DNA from: Candidatus Latescibacterota bacterium
GTDB lineage: Bacteria; Latescibacterota; UBA2968; UBA8231
Length of the DNA: 64,000 nt
Assembly (NCBI GenBank): GCA_965206595.1
Contig: OZ242214.1
Span: 4,672,001 to 4,736,000 of the forward strand
Reading direction: 5' to 3'
Made by a program: the position numbers and the translations under genes. The notes beneath the pieces are model-generated. The model was not told where the DNA came from and did not search any database. It saw only the letters and a list, made by a program, of their open reading frames with translations. This document shows, in pieces, positions 50,301-60,258 of the stretch (position 1 is the first letter of the stretch; the number at the start of each line of letters is the position of its first letter).

Positions 50301-51213
50301 GTACGACCGCGAGCGCCTCGCCGGGTACGGGCTCAATCTGCGCGAGGTCGCCGAGCTGGTGCGCAACAAGGTGAGAGGCCGGGTGGCGACCGATTTCCGC
50401 GAGCGGGAGCGCAACATCGACGTCCTGGTCCGCCTGCGTGAGGCGGACCGTTTCAGCGTCGAGGAGCTGGGACGGCTGGTCGTCAATCCCGGCGGCGAGG
50501 TGCCGATCGCGCTGGCCTCCGTGGCCTCTATGGAGATCGCCGAGGGGCCGAGCGAAATCCGTCGCATCGACCAGCAGCGGGCGGCGCTGGTCACCGCCAA
50601 CATCAAGGGGATCGACCTGGGCTCGGCCTCCCGGAACATCGCGCAGGCGCTGCGCAACCACCCCTTCCCGGAAGGGTTCGGCTTTCTGATCAGCGGTCAG
50701 AACGAGGAGATGGAGACCTCCCTCGACAGCCTGCTGTTCGCCCTCGCCCTCGCCCTCTTCCTGGTCTACGTCGTCATGGCCAGCCAGTTCGAGTCGCTGC
50801 TGCACCCGCTGGTGATCATGTTCACGGTGCCGCTGGCAATGATCGGGGTAGTCGCGGTCCTGGTCTGGCAGCAGATCCCCCTGAGCGTCGTCGTCTTCAT
50901 CGGCATGATCATGCTGGCCGGTATCGTCGTCAACAACGCCATCGTCCTGGTCGACTACATCAACATCCTGCGCCGCGGCGGCATGGAGAAGGGCGAGGCG
51001 ATCGTGCGCGCCGGGTCGGTGCGCCTGCGCCCGATCCTGATGACGACCCTGACGACGGTGCTCGGCCTGGCGCCGATGGCGCTGGGCTTCGGCGACGGCG
51101 CCGAGATCCGCGCCCCGATGGCGATCACGGTGATCGCCGGGCTGACCAGCTCGACGTTTTTGACCCTCGTGGTCATACCGACGGTCTACGCCGTCGTCGA
51201 CCGGGGCAGATGA
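47332..51213 (+). pseudogene. RND efflux permease 1, split by frameshifts near 48936 and 49980
   Basis: RPVAILM, GMLVDNSIVVLE, STLTTIAVFFP (frame 1); LTVVFSLLASL...GTELIPQ (frame 2); MASQFES, GIVVNNAIVLVD, RLRPILMT (frame 3). Confidence 0.8.
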
Positions 51214-54200
51214 AAGAGACGCACCAACACCTCATCCCGCGGCTGAGCGTCACCCGGCCGGTGACGGTGGTGATGGTTCTCCTGGCGCTGCTGGTGGTCG
51301 GAACGATCGCCTACGTGCGGATTCCCCTGAGCCTGACTCCCCAGGGGTTGGAGGAGCGCTGGCTGGGGATGTGGATCAACTATCCGAACGCCGGGCCTAT
51401 CGAGGTGGAGCAGAAGATCGCGCGCAAGGTCGAGGAGGCGCTGGCGACGGTGCCGCGGATACGGAAGATCCGCACCTCGAGCGAGCGCAACGGGTGCTGG
51501 ACGAGCGTCAGCTTCCGCCAGGAAACCGACATGCGGGAGGCCTACAACCAGATGCGCGACCGCGCCGACCGCCTGCTGCTCGAGCTGCCGGACGAGGTCG
51601 ACCATATCTGGATGCGCAACTGGGATCCCGACGATTGGCCGATCCTGTGGATGGGGTTGTACCTCGACGGGGAGTACGCCGATCCGCAGCACCTGCTCGA
51701 GACCTATGTCCGCCCCGAACTGCAGCGCATCGACGGCGTCGGGCAGCTCGACATCTGGGGGGGGCCGGGCAAGGAGGTGTTCATCTACACCGACCAGGAG
51801 AAGGTGAGGAGCCACCGCGTCGATCTCTACCGGGTCGGCACTCAGCTGGCTTCCCACAACTTCACCATGCCGGCAGGGTACGTGCACGAAGGGGGCAGGA
51901 AGCTGCTGGTCCGCTCCCTGGCCCGCTTCGAGAGCGTCGAGCAGATCCGCCAGCACGTCGTCGATCCGCAGCACGGCCTGCGGCTGCAGGACATCGCCGC
52001 GGTCGGCCTGGTGCCCCGCCCCAGGACCTGGTTCAACCGCATCAACGGCATCGAGTCCCTCGGCTGCGAGATCCTGTCGACGGCGGAAGCCAACACCGTC
52101 GAGGTCGTCAGGGAGGTCCGCGCCAAGCTCGAGGAGCTCAAGACCCGTCCCCGGCTGAGCGGCTTCGACTACGAGATCTTCTGGGACATGGGCAAGCAGA
52201 TAACCGAGTCGGTCGAGAACCTGCGCAACACCGGGCTCTGGGGCGGACTGTTCGCCGCCGGCGTGCTGTTCCTGTTCCTGCGCGCGGTGCGCATGACCCT
52301 GATAATCACCCTGGCGATCCCGCTGGCCCTGATGATCTCGATAACCGCCATCTTTTTCCTTGGCTGGACCCTGAACCTGATCACGATGATGGGGCTGATG
52401 CTCAGCCTGGGGCTGGTCGTCGACAACGCCATCGTCATCGTCGAGAACATCCAGCGCAAGCGCGAGGAGGGGGTCGAGGCGCGGGAGGCTTCCATCACCG
52501 GCGCCGGAGAGGTGGGGCTGGCCGTGACAATGGCCACGCTGACGACGGTGGTGGTCTTTCTGCCCCTGATCCTGATGAGCGACGACCTGGAGTTCTCGTT
52601 CTTCATGGTGCGGCTGGGCATGCCGGTGATCGTCGGGCTGCTGGCCTCCCTGTTCATCGCCCTCGCCATCATTCCCCTGGCGGCGCTGCGCATCTCCACC
52701 GGCGGGAAACGCCGCGATTCGCGTCTGATCGCCCGCACCCGCGACGCCTACGTGCGCTGTCTCGAATGGGTGCTCGGCCACCGCATCGAGAGCATCATCC
52801 TCGTCCTGGCGGCGATGGCGACGATCCAGATTCCGATGCAGGGGATGACGAGGACGGACCGCTCGAGCGAGCACCGGACCGACCTGTGGCTGGGGTTCGA
52901 CATGCCCGAGGGGCAGACCCTGAAACAGGCCGACAGGTTCATCTCCGGCGTCGAGGACACCCTGATGAACCACAAGGAGGAATACAACTTCCGTGTCCTG
53001 GAGACCTGGTCGCGAAACTCGCGGGGCCGCATCCACATGATCCTCAACGAGAAGGAGAACAACGCCTGGTACGAGGTCGCCTGGGACAACCTGCTGAAGG
53101 CCCTCGGGTGGCGGCAGTCTCCGCATCTCGAATACGAGGAGATGGTGGAGGACATCAAGAAGCGGATCGTCCTGCCTGCCGGCGTGCAGATGCGGCTCAA
53201 CTGGCGCAGCGGCGGCAGCGGCGACGCGGCCGTGGCGATCAACCTCTACGGCCAGGACACCGAGGTCCTGCTCGGTCTATCCCGGGAGGTCGAGCGCCGG
53301 CTGCGGCGCATTCCCGGGCTGCTGTCGGTGCAGACCGACATCGACCGCGGCAGCACCGAGCTCGAGGTGCGGCTCGACCGCGGGCAGGTGCAGCGCTACG
53401 GAATCGAGCCGCGCCAGATCCCGGGGGTGATCTCCTACTCCCTGAGGGGCCAGGATCTGACGAGGTTCCGCACCGAGGACGGCAGCGAGGTCGACGTCCA
53501 CTTCCAGCTCGAGGAGGTCGACCGCCAGGGCATGCACCAGCTGCGCAACACCACCTTCTTCTCCGACGAGGGGGCGGAGATCCCGCTGGAGTCGCTCGCC
53601 TCCCTGTCCGTCCACAAGGTGCTCGGCAGCATCCGGCGCGAGAACAGGCAGACGGTGCTGACCGTGACCGCGACGGCGACCAGTAAGGAATCCGGCGAGC
53701 TGTTCGGGCAGATCGACGAGGCCATGCAGGGGTTCGAAATGCCGCGCGGGTACCGCTGGGACAAGGGGGCCCGCTACGAGCGCATCGAGGAGACCGACGC
53801 CTCGCGGCAGTTCGCCCTCCTGCTGTCGGTCACCTTCGTCTTCCTGCTGATGGGGGTGCTGTTCGAGTCGTTCATCCTGCCCCTGTCGGTGATCATCGCC
53901 ATACCGTTCTCCTTCCTCGGGGTCTACTGGACCCTCTACCTCACGGACACGGCGTTCGACATGCTGTGCGGCATCGGCGTCGTCATTCTCGTGGGGGTAG
54001 TGGTCAACAACGCCATCGTCCTGATCGATCTCGCCAACCGCCTGCGGGCCGAGGGCAGGGATCGCTTCGAGGCCCTGGTCGAGGCGGGCAGACACCGCTA
54101 CCGCCCGATCCTGATGACGACCTTCACGACGGTTTTCGGGCTGGTTCCGATGGCGGTCGGCAACGCCGAGATGATCGGCATGCCGTACGCGCCCCTGGGC

Positions 54201-54377
54201 AGGACGATGATGGGGGGGCTGCTGGCGTCGATGGTGCTGACCCTGCTGATCGTGCCGCTTTGCTACACCCTCTTCGACGATCTGCGTCAGTTGCTCCGGG
54301 CCGTCGCCTTTTCTGCGCGCACCCCCGCTCACCCGGAAGGGGGTGACCGCGTGCCGGACAGGGCCGGACCGAATTGA
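51210..54377 (+). CDS. RND efflux permease 2
   Basis: RPVTVVM, GLVVDNAIVIVENI, FESFILP, GVVVNNAIVLID, RYRPILMT; 1055 aa. Confidence 0.93.
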   Translation: MKETHQHLIPRLSVTRPVTVVMVLLALLVVGTIAYVRIPLSLTPQGLEERWLGMWINYPNAGPIEVEQKIARKVEEALATVPRIRKIRTSSERNGCWTSVSFRQETDMREAYNQMRDRADRLLLELPDEVDHIWMRNWDPDDWPILWMGLYLDGEYADPQHLLETYVRPELQRIDGVGQLDIWGGPGKEVFIYTDQEKVRSHRVDLYRVGTQLASHNFTMPAGYVHEGGRKLLVRSLARFESVEQIRQHVVDPQHGLRLQDIAAVGLVPRPRTWFNRINGIESLGCEILSTAEANTVEVVREVRAKLEELKTRPRLSGFDYEIFWDMGKQITESVENLRNTGLWGGLFAAGVLFLFLRAVRMTLIITLAIPLALMISITAIFFLGWTLNLITMMGLMLSLGLVVDNAIVIVENIQRKREEGVEAREASITGAGEVGLAVTMATLTTVVVFLPLILMSDDLEFSFFMVRLGMPVIVGLLASLFIALAIIPLAALRISTGGKRRDSRLIARTRDAYVRCLEWVLGHRIESIILVLAAMATIQIPMQGMTRTDRSSEHRTDLWLGFDMPEGQTLKQADRFISGVEDTLMNHKEEYNFRVLETWSRNSRGRIHMILNEKENNAWYEVAWDNLLKALGWRQSPHLEYEEMVEDIKKRIVLPAGVQMRLNWRSGGSGDAAVAINLYGQDTEVLLGLSREVERRLRRIPGLLSVQTDIDRGSTELEVRLDRGQVQRYGIEPRQIPGVISYSLRGQDLTRFRTEDGSEVDVHFQLEEVDRQGMHQLRNTTFFSDEGAEIPLESLASLSVHKVLGSIRRENRQTVLTVTATATSKESGELFGQIDEAMQGFEMPRGYRWDKGARYERIEETDASRQFALLLSVTFVFLLMGVLFESFILPLSVIIAIPFSFLGVYWTLYLTDTAFDMLCGIGVVILVGVVVNNAIVLIDLANRLRAEGRDRFEALVEAGRHRYRPILMTTFTTVFGLVPMAVGNAEMIGMPYAPLGRTMMGGLLASMVLTLLIVPLCYTLFDDLRQLLRAVAFSARTPAHPEGGDRVPDRAGPN

Positions 54378-54462
54378 CGATGGTACGGCCCCCGGCTAGA
54401 TTCGACGAATCGGGAGCAGGAACCATGAACAGACAGGAATCGCAACAAGGCAAGGAGAGGGG

Positions 54463-55065
54463 ATGGCCGAGCAGGAATCGGAGCTGATCAGGAACCTCGA
54501 GGAGAGGAGCATAGAGCACTCCCTGCTCAAGGCGCGGCGCATCTTCCTGTGGTCGAGCGTCGACGACGACTCCGCCAAGGGGGTAGTGACGCGCCTGCTG
54601 TCCCTCGACTCGGAGGACCCGCAAAAGGAGATCGTCCTCTACATCAACAGCCCCGGCGGGTCCGTCCACGACGGCATGGCGATCTACGACGCCATGCAGG
54701 CGATCACCGCACCGGTCTCGACGGTCTGCACCGGGCTGGCGGCCAGCATGGGCGCGGTGCTGCTCGCCAGCGGGCAGAAGGGCCGGCGCTTCACCTGGCC
54801 CCACGGGCGCATCATGATCCACCAGCCGAGCGTCATGGGCACCATAATCGCCCGCGCCACCGATCTCGACATCCACGCCAAGGAGATCATCCGCATGCGG
54901 GAGGAGCTCAACCGCCTGCTGGCGGACCACACCGGGCAGGATGTCGACAAGATCGCCGCCGACACCGACCGCGACTACTTCATGTCCGCCGAAGAGGCGG
55001 TCGCCTACGGTCTCGTCGACCAGGTCGTTTCCTCGACCTCGCTGCCGGCTCCGAACGGAAGCTGA
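54463..55065 (+). CDS. clpP: ATP-dependent Clp protease proteolytic subunit
   Basis: [18 protein letters not shown] (Ser), IMIHQP (His), [11 protein letters not shown] (Asp). Confidence 0.96.
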   Translation: MAEQESELIRNLEERSIEHSLLKARRIFLWSSVDDDSAKGVVTRLLSLDSEDPQKEIVLYINSPGGSVHDGMAIYDAMQAITAPVSTVCTGLAASMGAVLLASGQKGRRFTWPHGRIMIHQPSVMGTIIARATDLDIHAKEIIRMREELNRLLADHTGQDVDKIAADTDRDYFMSAEEAVAYGLVDQVVSSTSLPAPNGS

Positions 55066-55090
55066 CGGCTTTCCGCAAATCGAGTTTTCG

Positions 55091-55123
55091 CCGCCGGTCC
55101 TTTGAGGGGGCCGGCGGTTTTTT
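55091..55123 (+). terminator. Rho-independent terminator between convergent clpP and mutM
   Basis: CCGCCGGTCC...GGGCCGGCGG followed by TTTTTT. Confidence 0.75.
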
Positions 55124-55929
55124 CATTTCTGGCAGGAAGAGCAGTAGAAGCTGCTGCGCCCCGCCAGGATGACGCTGCGGACCTGCCCCTCGCAGACCAG
55201 GCAGTGGTCTCCGGCGCGGCCGTACACGGCGAGCCGCTGCTGGAACCTGCCGCCCGCCCCCGACCCGAGGTAGTCGCTGATCGTCGTTCCCCCCTGGGCA
55301 ACCGCTTCGCTCAGCACCTCGACGATTTTCTCCGCCAGCATGGCGCAGCGGCGGCGGCTCAGGCGGTGGCAGCGGGTCGCCGGCCGGATCCCCGCCCTGA
55401 AGAGGGCCTCGCTCGCGTAGATGTTGCCGACTCCGGCCACGACCCGGCTGTCGAGAAGCAGCGACTTGACCGGGCGGGTGCGGCCCCTGCAATGCCCGTA
55501 CAGGAAGTCCCCGTCGAGTCCCCCTTCCAGTGGCTCGAGGCCTAGCTCGTGGAGGTAGCGGCAGCGCTCCAGCTGGCGCGGCCCGAGGGCGAGCAGCATC
55601 CCGAAACGGCGGGGATCGGCGAAGACCAGCGGCGGACCGCGGTCGAGCTCGAAGGCGACGTGGTCGTGCGGCTGCCGGTCGCCGCGGAAGAGGAGGTTGC
55701 CGGTCATTCCGAGGTGGATGACGAGGGTCGCCTCGCGGTCGAGGGGGAGCAGCAGGTACTTGGCGCGGCGCACCGCGGCGGCGAAGCGGCGGCCGACCAG
55801 GCGCCCGAGGCGGCGGGGCAACGGCTCGCGCAGCCGCTTGCCGCTGCACCAGACGCTCTCGATGCGGCGGCCGACGAGGTGGACCTCCATGGCCCGGCGC
55901 ACGGTCTCTACTTCGGGGAGCTCAGGCAC
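55123..55929 (-). CDS. mutM: Formamidopyrimidine-DNA glycosylase
   Basis: PELPEVE, RRAKYL, HLGMTG, DPRRFG, GVGNIYASEALF, C-terminal C4 zinc finger. Confidence 0.96.
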   Translation of the reverse strand: MPELPEVETVRRAMEVHLVGRRIESVWCSGKRLREPLPRRLGRLVGRRFAAAVRRAKYLLLPLDREATLVIHLGMTGNLLFRGDRQPHDHVAFELDRGPPLVFADPRRFGMLLALGPRQLERCRYLHELGLEPLEGGLDGDFLYGHCRGRTRPVKSLLLDSRVVAGVGNIYASEALFRAGIRPATRCHRLSRRRCAMLAEKIVEVLSEAVAQGGTTISDYLGSGAGGRFQQRLAVYGRAGDHCLVCEGQVRSVILAGRSSFYCSSCQK

Positions 55930-55960
55930 TATGGTTCGCGGCTATGGCGCGTGGGGCGGA

Positions 55961-56740
55961 TCAATCCGGGTTGAGCATGTGGATGACGTTGAAGAAGGCG
56001 CCCTGTGGATCGACGAGAAGGGCGAAGCGCCCGACCTCCGGTATGTCCGTCGGCTCGAGATGCACCTGCCCGCCCGCTTCCCTTGCCTTCGCAGCGACGG
56101 CGTCGACGTCGGCGACCGCCAGATAGACCGCCCAGTGCGGGGGAACGTTCTCCATCTCTTCAGTGATGGTGAAGATGCCCGCCGCGGCGCGCCCGCGGTT
56201 GCGCAGCATGGTGTAGGGGACGACGCCGGTGTGCGTCACTTCCGCGGTCCAGCCGAACAGGTCGCAGTAGAATTTCGCCGCGGCTTCCGGATCCCTCGTC
56301 AACAGTTCGTTCCAGCAGAGGGAGACCGGCTCGTTGGCGATTTCGGCCCCGGTCTGCCGTCCGGCCTGCCAGGGCTGGAAGACGCCCCCGGTCGGATCCT
56401 GGACGATCGCCATGCGCCCTGCTTCGCCGGCATCGAACGGCTCGACGAGCACGCTGCCCCCGAGGCCGGACGCCTTCTCGGCGCACTCGTCGGCGCTGGC
56501 GACCGCGACGTAGCTGTGCCAGAACGGAATCTCCGGCAGGTCTTCCCGGTGGAATATGCCGGCCACCAGGTGCTCGCCGCTGCGGGCGATGTGGTAGGAG
56601 TTGCCCTCCCCGGGCATCGGCATTTCCTCGAAGCTCCAGCCGAAAAGGTCGGCGTAGAACTTCGTGGCGCCGGTGGTGTCCGTCGTCGAAAGTTCGATCT
56701 AGTTGAAGGTCCCCGGGGGGTACTCGGTCCTCAGTCTCAT
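55961..56740 (-). pseudogene. VOC/glyoxalase-family two-domain protein with in-frame TAG at codon 14
   Basis: GAGGAG RBS, ATG 56740, MRLRTEYPPGTFN*IELSTTD...KFYADLFGW; the second domain has SLCWNELLTRD at the equivalent position. Confidence 0.8.
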
Positions 56741-57174
56741 CGGTCTCCTCTGATGCTCCATTTATGACAGATGCCTCTGGTGGTTGCCGCTTCCGCGGCG
56801 AAAGGTTCGAATGGTACGCCCTGCCCTCGCGGGTGGGCAACTTCCCGGTCCTTCGGGTCGCGGCTCAGCGGGGGCCACTTCGGCCCTGGGTTTCGGGAGA
56901 AACGACTCCCGGCACTTCGGTCCGGCTCTGTTTCCGCCACCCGTGGGATTTGGCAACTGTCGGCGCCCCGACTGGGAGTTCACGGCCCTCCCGGCAGGCC
57001 CCCGGCCTGGGCCATACGGAACCTCCAGCCCGGGGGCCTTCCGATCCCACCCGGAATCGGACGTCAACAGGCCTCGCGTGGACCCGCGCGTGGGGTGGCC
57101 GTTCCCTTGTCGTGGCGCGCGGCCCCTCGTTTCTTAGCCTCCCCCAACAGACAACACCACAGGAGAATCGAATA

Positions 57175-58476
57175 ATGGACCTCACCAAACAGCCGCCCCG
57201 GCGGCCCTCCAACCTCGGCGTGGCCGGCATCGTCGGGGCGGCGCGCATGACCGACAAGGCGCGCGCCGCCGAGGAGGAGCTGCTCGGAGAGTACAAGTAC
57301 GGCAGCGACTCCGGCCTCGACCGGGACGTCCTCGAGTTCATCTGCATGGAGGCGGTGGACTTCGTCGAGCGGGCCGTCGCCCTCGACGACGCCGCCCTCG
57401 GCGAGCTGGTTCTGCAGACCGCCGGCCGCAGCGCCGAGGAGATCGCCGAGTTCAACCGCTACCGCCTGGAGCAGACGCCGCAGGACGAGCTGCACGAGCG
57501 CCTGCTCGTCGAAAGGATCGCCAGGTACGCCCCGGGGAACTCCGACATCACCACCGTATTCAAGTCGATAGAGCTCGACGACTGGGGCGCCTTCCGCGAC
57601 AGGGACCTGACCGCGGGGCCGCCGCGTACCCCCTATCTGCGCAGCGTCGCCGGCATCGCCGGGGCCGCGCGCATGGCGGACAAGGCCCGGGCGGCAAAGT
57701 CGGGCAAGCCCGGCGAGTACCGCTACGGCCACGTCTCCCCCCTGGATCACCGCATCCTCGAGACCCTCGGCATCGCCGAGGAGGTCTTCATGGAAGGGGC
57801 GTACGAGAACCCGAACGACGACGAGCTGAGCGAATGGATCGCGGCGCGCAGCGAGGTCTCGAAGGGGACGATCTCCATGCTGAACGGCGAGCTCTGCGAC
57901 ATGGGGATTCGCACACCCGTGCTGGGGAAGCGGTTCGTCAGACGCCGCGGGGAGATCTGCCCGGACCGCCTCGACGTCGAGACCTTCTTCGACCTGATCG
58001 ACATCGACGACCAGCAGAGCTTCGGCATCGTCGACCTCACCCGGCGGCCGCCGCGCAGCCCCTACGACCGCAGCATCGGCGGCGTCATGGGCCTGACGCG
58101 CATGCTCGACAAGGCGCGGGCCTTCGCCAGCGGCCACCTCGGGGAGTACTACTTCGGCGACGACTCGGGGTTCGACCGCTGGGTGATGGAGCTGCTCGGC
58201 CTCACCCAGGAGGAGGTGGTCGGCGCCGCAAGGGAGCACGCCACCGACGAGGCGTTCGCCGCCTGGCTCGGCAGCCGCTTCGACAGGAGCGAGGCGGAGA
58301 TCGCCGTGCACAACGAGCGCCTGTCGGAGTACTCGCCGGGCAACGAGCGCCAGGAGAGGTTCTTCGCGAAAGCGATCGCGAACCTCGACCGCAGCCGCAC
58401 CGACATCCGCACCTTCGCCGCCCTGTCGCTTCTCGACGACGCCATCGTCTTCGCCCGCCTGCACGCCGGCACCTGA
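57175..58476 (+). CDS. Protein with three tandem DUF5069-like domains
   Basis: Three repeats of DLT..PPR.P...G..G..RM.DKARA....GEY..G..S..D, beginning at 57178, 57604 and 58033; AGGAG RBS. Confidence 0.8.
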   Translation: MDLTKQPPRRPSNLGVAGIVGAARMTDKARAAEEELLGEYKYGSDSGLDRDVLEFICMEAVDFVERAVALDDAALGELVLQTAGRSAEEIAEFNRYRLEQTPQDELHERLLVERIARYAPGNSDITTVFKSIELDDWGAFRDRDLTAGPPRTPYLRSVAGIAGAARMADKARAAKSGKPGEYRYGHVSPLDHRILETLGIAEEVFMEGAYENPNDDELSEWIAARSEVSKGTISMLNGELCDMGIRTPVLGKRFVRRRGEICPDRLDVETFFDLIDIDDQQSFGIVDLTRRPPRSPYDRSIGGVMGLTRMLDKARAFASGHLGEYYFGDDSGFDRWVMELLGLTQEEVVGAAREHATDEAFAAWLGSRFDRSEAEIAVHNERLSEYSPGNERQERFFAKAIANLDRSRTDIRTFAALSLLDDAIVFARLHAGT

Positions 58477-58483
58477 ACTCCCA

Positions 58484-59179
58484 GTGGCCCGCCCCATCAT
58501 CGGCATCACCGCCTCCTTCGACCGGGAATCCGCGGCGCAGCAGGTCGACCGGAGCTACGTCGATGCCGTAGTCCGGGCAGGAGGGGCTCCGGTGCTGCTC
58601 CCGGCCGCCCCGGAGGAGGCGCTGCAATCAGCGGTCGCCGCCCTCGACGGGCTCGTCATCACCGGGGGCAACGGAGTGGTGGACGGACTCGCCGGGGAGC
58701 TCCCGGAAGACCTGCCGGTGGAATCCCCCGAGCGCACCCGGCGTGACCACCGGGCGCTGGAGGCTTTCCTGGGGACTGAGCGGCCGGTGCTCGGAATCTG
58801 TTTCGGCATGCAGCTGATCAACGCCCATCTCGGCGGCACCATCTGCGGCGACGCCGAAAGGGAACTGCAGGCCGTGCCGCATTCGCCGAAGCGGAACCAG
58901 GGCCAGCCGGTCGAGCACCCGATCGAGGTGCAGCCGGGAACCCACCTGCAGGAGCTGTGCGGGGGCGAAGAGCGCCCCGTGGTGAACAGCTTCCACATTC
59001 AGGCGCTCGCCGAGGTCGGAGCGGGACTGCGGGTTAGCTCGCGAAGCCCGGACGGGCTGATCGAGTCGATCGAGACCGCAGACGGCAAGGTGATCGGGGT
59101 CCAGTTCCACCCGGAGCGCATGGAGGGCCGCCTGGCGGACAACCTGCTGGCGAACCTGGTCAGCCGCTCCGGGGCCTGA
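58484..59179 (+). CDS. Class I glutamine amidotransferase, peptidase C26 (PuuD-like)
   Basis: RPIIGIT, DGLVITGG, GICFGMQ, VNSFHIQ, GVQFHPE. Confidence 0.9.
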   Translation: MARPIIGITASFDRESAAQQVDRSYVDAVVRAGGAPVLLPAAPEEALQSAVAALDGLVITGGNGVVDGLAGELPEDLPVESPERTRRDHRALEAFLGTERPVLGICFGMQLINAHLGGTICGDAERELQAVPHSPKRNQGQPVEHPIEVQPGTHLQELCGGEERPVVNSFHIQALAEVGAGLRVSSRSPDGLIESIETADGKVIGVQFHPERMEGRLADNLLANLVSRSGA

Positions 59180-59210
59180 ACGTCCCTGCGAGAATCCCCC
59201 GCAGGTACCC

Positions 59211-59903
59211 TTACCTGCCGAACCAGACCCGCTCGCTGTCCACCTGCACGAGGCGGCGTTCCTCCAGCAGCCAGGCGCTGAGCCGGCCGCCGTACACGCA
59301 GCCGGTGTCGAGACCGAGCAGGCAGGGCGGGTCGCCTGCCGCTTCCGATTCCCCCTTGCGATAGACGCGCACCAGGCCGCCCGGGGCGTCGTGGCCGAAG
59401 ACGATGGTGCCGGCCGGCGGCTCGATCCGTTCGTGCCAGCGCAGTCCGTCGATCCCCGGGAGGGGTGGCCACAAACGGATGGAGAGGAACTGCTCCCTCG
59501 TGGTGCGGGCGAGCCCCCCTTCCGGGTCGATGCCGGCGTGGACGAGGAGGAACTGCTCCCCCTCGATCCAGAGGGGAACCTCCTGCAGCCAGGGGAGCAG
59601 TTCGTCCGCGACCGGCAGCAGCTGCTCCACCGTCCTCTGCTGATCCGGCTTGCGATACTCGACGTCCTGTCCCTGCGCCAGCCGCCCGAGCTGTCGCAGC
59701 AGCCGGTCGTCGTGGTTGCCGAGGACCATCCCGGCCCCGGTTTCGTCGATGGTCCGCCACACTCCGGCAGGGTCGGGGCCGCGGCTGAAGGCATCTCCGG
59801 TCAGCAGCAGGCGGTCGCTGGCCCCGTCGAAATCGATCTCGTGCAGCAGGCGGCGCAGCTCGCGGTTGCATCCGTGGACGTCGCCGACGAAGACGGTTCT
59901 CAT
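59211..59903 (-). CDS. Metallophosphoesterase (ApaH/PrpE-like)
   Basis: GDVHGC, GDAFSRGP, GNHD, VHAG, FGH, LDTGCVYGG. Confidence 0.88.
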   Translation of the reverse strand: MRTVFVGDVHGCNRELRRLLHEIDFDGASDRLLLTGDAFSRGPDPAGVWRTIDETGAGMVLGNHDDRLLRQLGRLAQGQDVEYRKPDQQRTVEQLLPVADELLPWLQEVPLWIEGEQFLLVHAGIDPEGGLARTTREQFLSIRLWPPLPGIDGLRWHERIEPPAGTIVFGHDAPGGLVRVYRKGESEAAGDPPCLLGLDTGCVYGGRLSAWLLEERRLVQVDSERVWFGR

Positions 59904-60258
59904 GGGGGATCGGGATCAGGGTGAGGTGCCCGTGAGGCGGTCCCGGGGTCGAGAGAATCTGCACGCTGCACCCGAGACAAGGGCCAGGCTCGTTCAGGCG
60001 CCTTGCGAGCCTGGTGTCCTGGCGGTTCAGTTTTCCCATCCACCTCCGGGACAGGATCAGGGAAGGGTGCAGGCACTGCCAACAGGTGGGAATCGGGAGG
60101 ACGGGTGGTTGCCGTGCGGCAGGAGGCCTGCCCGAGTTCGCATTTGCAAGGACCGGCCGCACCCGGCAGCGGACTCTTCAGGCCGAATCTCGTTTGCTGC
60201 ACCGGTTTGGCTGCCGTATCGTACGCGCCGCCATTTCCCCCGAACGTCAGCCCATCGC

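Noticed and set aside
41528-56701. Genetic-code reassignment of TGA or TAG to Trp
   Set aside because: Both codons end many well-conserved genes here (e.g. rpoN TGA, gatC TAG) and TGG is used normally; two isolated cases fit errors or nonsense mutations better.
56800-56830. GGTTCGAAT resembling a tRNA T-loop
   Set aside because: No pairing T-stem, acceptor stem or cloverleaf can be built around it.
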